A stretch of DNA of 32,000 nucleotides from assembly GCF_000619845.1 (NCBI RefSeq), contig NZ_JHUX01000004.1:295190-327189 (forward strand), in the 5' to 3' direction. The notes beneath the pieces are model-generated. The model worked only from the letters and a program-made list of their open reading frames with translations, ran no database searches and was not told the DNA's origin. Below are positions 24,908-32,000 of the stretch, piece by piece. Made by a program: the position numbers and the translations under genes. Positions within the stretch are counted from its first letter, which is position 1. Each line of letters begins with the position of its first letter. The stretch comes from Alkanindiges illinoisensis DSM 15370. GTDB lineage: Bacteria; Pseudomonadota; Gammaproteobacteria; Pseudomonadales; Moraxellaceae.

Positions 24908-27256
24908 ATGACATCACTTGGACAGCAGGTTTTTAGCCAAAACAATGCTGAAGGCAATACGCAGGATAAAAAAAATCAACAGGATCAGCCGGACTTGTTA
25001 GTGCCAGTTGTTGCTCCAGTTATCGCATCCAAGCTTATGCCAGTAGTGATTCAGGTCGCATTGCCTGTACCGTTATTTGATGTATTTGATTATTTGGTGC
25101 CAGATCATTTGCTGGCCCAGTGGCCGTTTGCCGTGGGCTGTCGTGTGTGTGTCCCATTTGGCAAGCGCGAACTGGTGGGTATTTATCTGGGGCAAGCCAC
25201 TGGCAGCGACATTCAGCTTAGCAAGCTTAAACCGGTTCATAGCGTGTTGGATGATCAGGCGCTACTGTCGGACTCCAGCCTAAAGCTGCTGCACTGGGCG
25301 GCGGCATATTATCACTATCCGATTGGCGAAGTGATTAGTTGTGCCCTGCCCACCCTGTTACGTCAGGGTCGTCCCTACAACCTGCTGGCGCAATACTGGC
25401 GCTTAACAGCATCTGCCGAACGTGAAATCCTCAAGCGCGCACCCAAACAGCTAGAAACTTTTGATTTGCTGCAACTGCATGATGAACATGGCGCGCCTGA
25501 AAGTGCACTATTAATGATGGGTGCCAGTAAAAAGCAGTTGCAACTGTTGCAGGAAAAAGGACTGGCCGAATGCTTTTTGCAAAAAACCGAGCATCAGCCG
25601 CATCCAGTTAAATTGGCCGAACTGCCCCTTATTCCAAACCATGAACAGCAACTGGCGATTGATACCATCAAGCAGCATTTGGGTAGCTTTAAGGGTATTT
25701 TGCTGGATGGCCTGACGGGTAGCGGCAAAACCGAAGTGTACCTGCAAGCCATGCAACCTGTGCTGGAAGCGGGCCAGCAGGTGCTGGTGCTAGTGCCGGA
25801 AATTGGCCTGACGCCGCAAACACTGGATCGTTTCCGCTCGCGCTTTCAGTGTGAGATCGTGGCCATGCATTCCAACCTGACCGACGTGGCGCGCTTGCAG
25901 GCGTGGCAAGCGGCACAAACCGGGCGGGCGCAAATTGTGATTGGCACGCGCTCGGCCGTTTTTACACCCATGCCCAAGCTGGGGCTGATTATTATTGATG
26001 AAGAGCATGATGTGTCCTTCAAGCAGCAGGATACCTTTCGCTACCACGCGCGCGATGTGGCACTGTGCCGTGGCCATCGTGAATCCTGCCCGGTGATTTT
26101 AGGCTCGGCCACGCCCTGTCTGGAAAGCCTGCATCTGGTTGAAGAAGGTAAGCTGCTGTCACTGAAACTAACCCAGCGCGCTGGCAATGCCGCACTGGCC
26201 AAAATCCAGTTAATAGACCTGAAAAACCAACCGCGCGAGCATGGCCTGGCCCGCGATTTAATCGATGCCATCAAGCAGCGTCTAAAAAAACAGGAACAGG
26301 TACTGATTTTTTTAAACCGGCGCGGTTATGCCCCTATCCTGCTGTGTCCACAATGTGCGTGGCAGGCTGATTGTCCGCGCTGCGATGCACACCTGACCGT
26401 ACACCGTCAGCCTAGCGAACACCTGCATTGCCATCACTGCAATTATCAAAGTCGCTTGCCCACTGCCTGCCCCTCCTGCCAGTCCACGACGCTAACACCA
26501 ACGGGTATGGGCACAGCGCGGCTGGAAGAAGGCCTAAAGGAATTGTTCCCCGATACCGATATATTACGGGTGGATCGCGACAGTACCAGCCGGGTGGGCA
26601 GCTGGGAACGGATTTACGAGCGCGCGCATCAGGAAAAAGGCGCGATTTTGCTCGGTACGCAAATGCTGGCCAAGGGGCATCACTTTCCACATGTCACGCT
26701 GGTGGCCATTCTGGATGTGGACGGTGGCTTTTTAAATGTGGATTTCCGTGCCCCGGAACGCACGGCACAGCTTATCATGCAAGTGGCTGGGCGTGCTGGG
26801 CGTGGGCAAAAAGCCGGACTGGTGCTCATCCAAACCTTTAAGCCGGAAAATCCGCTGCTGCAAATTTTAATCCAGCAGGGCTATGCTGCCTTTGCCAAAA
26901 CCTGCATGGCCGAGCGCAAGGCCATGCTGCTGCCACCGTATCGCTATTGCGCGTTGATCCGGGCAGAAACCCCGCAGGCGGAAAAATCGCTGCAATTTCT
27001 GCAGCATGTGTTAAGCCTGCTGTATGCCCAGCCTGATGCAAAACAACTGGAAAACCCACCCCTTGAAATCTGGGGCCCAGTGCCTGCACCGATGGAACGC
27101 CGGGCTGGTGTGTTCCGTGCCCACGCATTGATTTTTTGCAAGGATCGACGCCTGCTGCATCACCTGCTGGGTAACTGGTGGCTACAGGTGTGTAAACTGC
27201 CGGAACGGCGTGGCGTACGCTGTAGCATTGACATTGATGCCCAAGAGCTGAGTTAA
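24908..27256 (+). CDS. priA: Primosomal replication-restart helicase PriA
   Basis: Walker A GLTGSGKTEVY, DEEH box IIIDEEHD, and a Cys-rich zinc insertion CPQCAWQADCPRCDAHLTVHR...CHHCNYQ...CPSC. GGAG lies 8 nt upstream of ATG 24908. The N-terminal 40 aa or so are Gln/Asn-rich and not PriA-like. Confidence 0.93.
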   Translation: MTSLGQQVFSQNNAEGNTQDKKNQQDQPDLLVPVVAPVIASKLMPVVIQVALPVPLFDVFDYLVPDHLLAQWPFAVGCRVCVPFGKRELVGIYLGQATGSDIQLSKLKPVHSVLDDQALLSDSSLKLLHWAAAYYHYPIGEVISCALPTLLRQGRPYNLLAQYWRLTASAEREILKRAPKQLETFDLLQLHDEHGAPESALLMMGASKKQLQLLQEKGLAECFLQKTEHQPHPVKLAELPLIPNHEQQLAIDTIKQHLGSFKGILLDGLTGSGKTEVYLQAMQPVLEAGQQVLVLVPEIGLTPQTLDRFRSRFQCEIVAMHSNLTDVARLQAWQAAQTGRAQIVIGTRSAVFTPMPKLGLIIIDEEHDVSFKQQDTFRYHARDVALCRGHRESCPVILGSATPCLESLHLVEEGKLLSLKLTQRAGNAALAKIQLIDLKNQPREHGLARDLIDAIKQRLKKQEQVLIFLNRRGYAPILLCPQCAWQADCPRCDAHLTVHRQPSEHLHCHHCNYQSRLPTACPSCQSTTLTPTGMGTARLEEGLKELFPDTDILRVDRDSTSRVGSWERIYERAHQEKGAILLGTQMLAKGHHFPHVTLVAILDVDGGFLNVDFRAPERTAQLIMQVAGRAGRGQKAGLVLIQTFKPENPLLQILIQQGYAAFAKTCMAERKAMLLPPYRYCALIRAETPQAEKSLQFLQHVLSLLYAQPDAKQLENPPLEIWGPVPAPMERRAGVFRAHALIFCKDRRLLHHLLGNWWLQVCKLPERRGVRCSIDIDAQELS

Positions 27257-27374
27257 GCTCAGTATAGCGACGTCAAGCCAGCCTCAAATTAAATCTCAGC
27301 AAAAATTTGCGACCATTTTCATATTTTTACCGTAACTTTGCCGCTAAACTGCTATAAAAGATTTTTTAGTTGTT

Positions 27375-29216
27375 ATGACGACAATGCCGCTGTTACTGCA
27401 AATAACAATTTTTCTGGGCGCTGCCTTATTGCTGGTTCCGCTAGGCAAACGCTTTGGGCTAGCTACTGTACTGGGCTATCTGTTTACCGGCATCCTGCTC
27501 GGCCCCTATGTCCTAAAAGTTGAACGCGACCCCGAATCCATCATGCATCTGGCCGAATACGGCGTCATCATGCTGATGTTTTTAATTGGCCTTGAACTCA
27601 GGCCACAACGCCTTTGGGAACTGCGCCGCTCCATATTTATGATGGGTGGCCTGCAAGTGGGCATTACCGCAACCCTGCTGCTCACCCTGATCTGGCTGTT
27701 TCTGGATTTAAGCTTTTATGCCAGTCTGGTGATTGGCTTTGGCCTGGCCTTGTCATCCACTGCGTTTGTACTGCAATTACTGGCTGAAAAGCAGCAACTG
27801 GTCAGCACGCATGGGCGGCAAGCCTTTGCCATTTTGCTGTTTCAGGATATGGCTGTCATTCCGCTGCTGGCGTTGCTGCCGCTGATGAGTGGCATGAATG
27901 ACACCCATCATGGCATTGCCCATTTTGCCGCCATTGTGGCTGCTTTTTCCGGGTTGTTCCTGTTTAGCCGTTATGTCATGCGGCCTTTTTTCCGCTTTAT
28001 TGCCAAAAGTGATGCCGCTGAACTGCTTACCGCGATTGCCCTGTTTATTGTGCTGGCGGTGGTGCAACTGATGAATCTGCTGGACATTAGCACCACGCTG
28101 GGCGCCTTTTTAACCGGTGTGCTGCTGGCCGATTCGGAATACCGGCATGAACTGGAAGCCAGTATTCAGCCATTTAAGGGTTTGCTGCTGGGCCTGTTTT
28201 TTATGACCGTCGGCATGACCGTCCAGCTAGATTTACTGCGTGAAATTCCCTGGCTGATTATTGGTGGTGCGCTGGGTCTAATGGCGCTGAAGTTTTTAAC
28301 CCTTGCAATCATTGCCCATTTGAATGGTTATCGCTGGTCAACCAGTATCAGGCTCGGCATTGCATTGGCGCAGGGGGGTGAATTTGCCTTTGTGCTGTTT
28401 AACAGTGCCAGCCAGTATCAGATTCTGGAGCGCAGTATTGTTGAGCCGCTGACTTTAATTGTCACCCTGTCGATGATGTTAACGCCGCTGGCCTTTTTTG
28501 TGCTGGAACGCTGGGGCGAACCGATTTTTAAAAAGCGGCAGGTTTCTCCCAAATACGATCAGATTCCCGACAATGAACATACCGTCATCATTGCTGGTTT
28601 TGGCCGGATTGGACAAATTGTGGGTCGCTTGCTTCGCATGCACAATATTGAATTTACTGCCATTGATAAAAATATCAATCAGGTCGATTTTGTGCGCAAG
28701 TTTGGTAATGCGGTTTATTATGGTGATCCCAAGAACCCGGAAATCCTGCGTGCGGCTGGCATTACTCAGGCACGCCTGCTAGTGCTCTCCATGGATGAAG
28801 TGGAAGACTGTACGCAAGTGGCCAAGTACATCAAACGTGCTTACCCGCAAATCAAGATTCTGGCGCGTGCCCGTGACCGCCAGCATGTGTACCGTTTGCG
28901 TGAAGCCGGTGTAGAACACATCTGGCGCGAAACCTATTTGTCCGCACTGGGCATGTCCTATGAGGCGCTGGTGAGTCTGGGCATTGATAACAAAAAAGCC
29001 TTTGATGGGATTGAACTGTTCCGCGAGCATGATGAAAGCCTGTTACGGCGCCAGCAAACCATTTACAAGGATGAACAGCAACTGATTGAAAGTAGCCGGG
29101 CCGCCATGGTAGAGCTGGAAAGCCTGTTTGATAGCGACATGCGTACAGCACGCAAAATGGATATGGAAAGCAGGGACGTGAATATTCAGCATGGCCCAGA
29201 AAGCAAACATCAATGA
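27375..29216 (+). CDS. Glutathione-gated K+ efflux antiporter, KefB/KefC type (CPA2 family with TrkA-N/KTN domain)
   Basis: The N-terminus LQITIFLGAALLLVPLGKRFGLATVLGYLFTGILLGP is collinear with KefC. There are about 12 TM segments, then the KTN fold VIIAGFGRIGQIVGRLL. Confidence 0.9.
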   Translation: MTTMPLLLQITIFLGAALLLVPLGKRFGLATVLGYLFTGILLGPYVLKVERDPESIMHLAEYGVIMLMFLIGLELRPQRLWELRRSIFMMGGLQVGITATLLLTLIWLFLDLSFYASLVIGFGLALSSTAFVLQLLAEKQQLVSTHGRQAFAILLFQDMAVIPLLALLPLMSGMNDTHHGIAHFAAIVAAFSGLFLFSRYVMRPFFRFIAKSDAAELLTAIALFIVLAVVQLMNLLDISTTLGAFLTGVLLADSEYRHELEASIQPFKGLLLGLFFMTVGMTVQLDLLREIPWLIIGGALGLMALKFLTLAIIAHLNGYRWSTSIRLGIALAQGGEFAFVLFNSASQYQILERSIVEPLTLIVTLSMMLTPLAFFVLERWGEPIFKKRQVSPKYDQIPDNEHTVIIAGFGRIGQIVGRLLRMHNIEFTAIDKNINQVDFVRKFGNAVYYGDPKNPEILRAAGITQARLLVLSMDEVEDCTQVAKYIKRAYPQIKILARARDRQHVYRLREAGVEHIWRETYLSALGMSYEALVSLGIDNKKAFDGIELFREHDESLLRRQQTIYKDEQQLIESSRAAMVELESLFDSDMRTARKMDMESRDVNIQHGPESKHQ

Positions 29217-29278
29217 CAATCATTAACAAGAGTTCCCGCGATCACTATTGCTCACTAAAGAAGTAAGCTGTCATCAGC

Positions 29279-29310
29279 CCCTTGATTTCCAGTAGCCGCA
29301 ACTCCATTAA
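29279..29310 (+). promoter_or_regulatory. sigma32 (heat-shock)-type promoter upstream of hslO
   Basis: CCCTTGAT (29279-29286), a 15-nt spacer, then CTCCATTAA (29302-29310). The classical consensus is CCCTTGAA-N13-17-CCCCATNTA. The predicted TSS is about 20 nt upstream of the hslO ATG and before the GGAGAG RBS. Confidence 0.45.
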
Positions 29311-29334
29311 ACACTGCATGTGGAGAGAATTAAT

Positions 29335-30207
29335 ATGACCGATATTCGTCAGCGTTTTTTTATTGAACATAGCCCTGTGCGTGGAGAGGTGGTACATCTG
29401 GCAGAAACCCTGCAAACCATCCTCAAGCAGCGTGATTACCCAAAGGCCATTGAGCTATTACTGGGCGAATTGCTGGCGGGTAGTGCCTTGCTGGCCAGTA
29501 CCCTGAAAATCAAGGGTCGCCTGAGCCTGCAAATTCAGGGCAGCGGTTCACTCAAATGGGCTATGGCCGAGTGCAATCATTTGGGTGAACTGCGCGCACT
29601 GGCCGAATGGAACGATGATCCGGTGCTGTTGCAGGCCGACAATGGCAATGTGGCGCTGGGTACGCTTAAAGATGGCGTGTTATTTATTAACATTGAACCT
29701 GAACATGGCGAACGTTACCAAGGGATTGTGCCACTGGAAGCGGAAAGTCTGGCCGGATGCCTGACCCAGTATTATGACCTGTCTGCGCAAATTCCGACCC
29801 GGCTGGCACTAGCCTGTGACGGAGAGCAAGCGGGTGGCCTGTTGATTCAGTTATTGCCGCGCAATGATGAGGAAGAAACCCTGGTTGATGAAGACCTGTG
29901 GCCGCGCCTGACTTTGCTGACCAATACCCTAAAAGCCGATGAGCTGATTTATCTGCCCTCACAGGAAGTACTGTACCGCTTGTATAATGAAGAAGAAGTG
30001 CGCCTGCCGGAACAGGAAAACCTCAGCTTTGGCTGCACGTGCTCGCGTGAGCGCTGTGAACAGGCTTTGCGTCAGGTGGGACAGGAAACCGTACAGGAAC
30101 TGCTGGCTGAGCAAAATGAAATCAAGATGGACTGCCAGTTTTGCAATGCGCAGTACCGTTTTGGCCCGGAACAGGCGCTGGGCCTGTTTGGCATTCATGT
30201 CAGCTAA
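29335..30207 (+). CDS. hslO: Hsp33 family redox-regulated chaperone
   Basis: RFFIEHSPVRGEVVHL at the N-terminus and the C-terminal zinc/redox switch CTCSRERC...CQFCNAQY. Start moved from GTG 29320 to ATG 29335, which has GGAGAG 8 nt upstream. Confidence 0.93.
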   Translation: MTDIRQRFFIEHSPVRGEVVHLAETLQTILKQRDYPKAIELLLGELLAGSALLASTLKIKGRLSLQIQGSGSLKWAMAECNHLGELRALAEWNDDPVLLQADNGNVALGTLKDGVLFINIEPEHGERYQGIVPLEAESLAGCLTQYYDLSAQIPTRLALACDGEQAGGLLIQLLPRNDEEETLVDEDLWPRLTLLTNTLKADELIYLPSQEVLYRLYNEEEVRLPEQENLSFGCTCSRERCEQALRQVGQETVQELLAEQNEIKMDCQFCNAQYRFGPEQALGLFGIHVS

Positions 30208-30242
30208 TAGTTGACCGCACCTGCCACCCTGTTTTTATCCAT

Positions 30243-30271
30243 AAAAAAGCTCAGAACATTCTGAGCTTTTT
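30243..30271. terminator. Bidirectional terminator between hslO and the DUF945 gene
   Basis: AAAAAGCTCAG pairs with CTGAGCTTTTT, with A- and T-runs on both sides. Confidence 0.8.
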
Positions 30272-30287
30272 ACTTTTTAACAATCCA

Positions 30288-31682
30288 TTACTCGGCAGCA
30301 GACAGCATGCTTTCTGATTTATGCGTTTCAGGTGCCGGAGTGGCTGAAAGCTCACCTTCTGCTGTGCGATTACCCAGTGGCTTGCCATTGATATTGGGCT
30401 GTCCATCGCTTAAGGCAAAAGTGGCCTGATAGCCTGTCGCGGTTTTGGTAAAGTAACCTTGCTCCAGCATGCCCTGCATGAGCATTTGCACGGTTTGGGC
30501 TGCTTCTGCCGGACTGATCGGCTGACCTTTGAGCTGGTTAACCTGCTCAAAAATACCGCTCAGTAACTGGTCAGAAACCTGCACTTTGCCATTGGCCATG
30601 ACTTTTTTCAGAATATGCTGTGGTGACTGCTGGGATGCTGCTGCAATCGGCTGCATCACAATCAGTGCATTGGCTTGTGCCTTGCCCTTGAACAAATTCA
30701 GGTCTGCCTGGCTTAAATTCACCTGAAAACCTTCCTTAAGCACAGGTTCAAGTGCCTTTAACATATCCTGAGCCGATGGATTGCACTGGCGTTGCAGGCG
30801 GTTAAAGGCCACATAACTTTGCTGGGCAGCCTGTACCGGAATATGGCCCAGTGACAAATTGGCCTTAAAGTTGCCAATATTTTTCTCACCCAGCAGGATT
30901 TTATCAATCTTGTAGCTGGCTTCTGCTGACAGCATATCCTTGTTGACCTGATTCTTGCTGCTCAGCTTAACATCACGCAAGCCCCATTGCTGCTGCGCCA
31001 GATTGGCCTGCATGCTGTCCAGTGAAAATGTGGTACTGCCCAGTGGCAATCTGGATTGCCCTGATTTTTGCTCGCCCTGATAACGCAGGTCATCAAAAGA
31101 AATACTGCCGCTATTGGAGGCCAGATTCTTAACCAGTAACTTGGGCGCCCTGATATCAAATTTTACTTTGTTGGATGGTGATAATTTAAGGCTGCCCTGC
31201 ATGCCCTGCCAGTTGACCTGAACTGTTTTGCCTTGCCATTGCGCTGCTGGACTGGTCAGCGTGGTAGTGATACTGCCCAGCACATTAACCCGTGAATGAA
31301 TGGTTAAGGGCTCCTGCCCCTTGAATACTTTGCGAATCTTGGCTTCTACACTATCAGGCCAGATAATATGGCTCTCAATACTGGCCCAGCCTAGCGACGG
31401 AATAAAACCATTGTGGATTTCATCATACCCAGTGAGCACCATGGCATTGTCAGGATGACAGGGATCAAGCGTCAGGCTAATTTCCCAGTTGGCGCGACTT
31501 TGTAAAAAGCCCTGCTTAAATGACGTGAGTTTAATACTGACCGGACTTAAGGTAGTGGCGTTAAATTTCTGGATAGTGTTCTGATAATAGGTTTCCATGT
31601 GCTGACTGCTATACCAGGTAGTTCCCAGCCAGCCTGCGCCTATGATCAGTACTGCACCTGCTACCGCGCTTGTTTTATTCAT
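30288..31682 (-). CDS. DUF945 (YdgA-like) family protein with an N-terminal signal anchor
   Basis: MNKTSAVAGAVLIIGAGWLGTTWYSSQ is the typical YdgA-family N-terminus. The size is about 460 aa with repetitive beta-rich composition. Family recalled from memory. Confidence 0.8.
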   Translation of the reverse strand: MNKTSAVAGAVLIIGAGWLGTTWYSSQHMETYYQNTIQKFNATTLSPVSIKLTSFKQGFLQSRANWEISLTLDPCHPDNAMVLTGYDEIHNGFIPSLGWASIESHIIWPDSVEAKIRKVFKGQEPLTIHSRVNVLGSITTTLTSPAAQWQGKTVQVNWQGMQGSLKLSPSNKVKFDIRAPKLLVKNLASNSGSISFDDLRYQGEQKSGQSRLPLGSTTFSLDSMQANLAQQQWGLRDVKLSSKNQVNKDMLSAEASYKIDKILLGEKNIGNFKANLSLGHIPVQAAQQSYVAFNRLQRQCNPSAQDMLKALEPVLKEGFQVNLSQADLNLFKGKAQANALIVMQPIAAASQQSPQHILKKVMANGKVQVSDQLLSGIFEQVNQLKGQPISPAEAAQTVQMLMQGMLEQGYFTKTATGYQATFALSDGQPNINGKPLGNRTAEGELSATPAPETHKSESMLSAAE

Positions 31683-31817
31683 CGTTGCGAGATATCCGTA
31701 TTTAATCCTTTAGTTATGCGCAAATCATACCCAAGCTTTACGCTAAAAGCTGTAGCCGTCCGCAGTTCAGCTTAATTATTTTTCAAAATAAGCTGCTGAT
31801 TTACTGGCAGGTATATT

Positions 31818-32000
31818 TTAAAGCTTCTGGTCAATCAGGCTCACCAGATATTGTGCAGCCATGCCCAGCGTATGCTCACGTGACCATACCCAGTCTATGC
31901 ACAGGGGAAAACTATTGCTCAGGTTTTGTATTTCCAGAATATACAGTTGCCGGGTTTCCACATATGGTGCTACAAAACTGCGCGGTAAAATCGACCAGCC
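31818..32000 (-). CDS. 3' end of a LysR-type transcriptional regulator (N-terminus outside the window)
   Basis: The minus-strand frame is open from the window edge: GWSILPRSFVAPYVETRQLYILEIQNLSNSFPLCIDWVWSREHTLGMAAQYLVSLIDQKL*, with TAA at 31818-31820. The G-x-S-ILP...L pattern is typical of LysR effector-domain C-termini. It is absent from the ORF track because it has no in-window start. Confidence 0.55.
   Translation of the reverse strand, partial: GWSILPRSFVAPYVETRQLYILEIQNLSNSFPLCIDWVWSREHTLGMAAQYLVSLIDQKL

Noticed and set aside
1-32000. Reading the window as a defence island or other multi-gene accessory system
   Set aside because: There are no integrases, transposases, tRNA attachment sites, restriction/modification genes, nucleases, NTPase-STAND proteins, reverse transcriptases or toxin-antitoxin pairs. 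The non-housekeeping genes (DUF4062, CSD-Excalibur, DUF1963 and the 111-aa membrane protein) are isolated singletons separated by core genes.

Overview
The window reads as conserved chromosomal backbone of a Moraxellaceae / Acinetobacter-like gammaproteobacterium. That placement is inferred from gene content and order, such as an orphan gspF-gspG pair and a Zur-box COG0523 GTPase, and was not checked by any search. I support about 30 protein-coding genes, most of them housekeeping. They are a TIGR03862/HI0933-type flavoprotein, a TrmB-like methyltransferase, yacG, a lipoprotein, a YcbL/GloC-type MBL hydrolase, hemH, a DUF4062 protein, murI, DUF1285, ETF-ubiquinone oxidoreductase, a CSD-TM-Excalibur protein, a TetR plus PhyH-type dioxygenase pair, tusA-like, corC-lnt, a GST, a COG0523 GTPase, a pirin, DUF1963/YwqG, ahpF, ahpC, a small membrane protein, gspG, gspF, priA, a Kef-type K+ antiporter, hslO, DUF945/YdgA and a LysR fragment. 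Two partial CDSs at the window edges are missing from the ORF track because they have no in-window start codon. I saw no rRNA, tRNA, CRISPR array, transposase, integrase or other mobile element. I also found no convincing multi-gene novel system. The leads worth a second look are single genes and regulatory or repeat signals: (1) an in-frame 9-bp tandem repeat running off the 5' edge; (2) a standalone DUF4062 (TIR-like) protein preceded by a perfect TGTGA-N6-TCACA CRP/Vfr-type site; (3) a 28-codon micro-ORF whose three FKN hexad repeats differ only at synonymous positions; (4) a duplicated 16-bp perfect palindrome in the long ahpC-ahpF spacer; (5) a canonical Zur box in front of the COG0523 gene; (6) a membrane-anchored cold-shock-domain/Excalibur protein. 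Several ORF-track starts look over-extended, and I give corrected starts for them.
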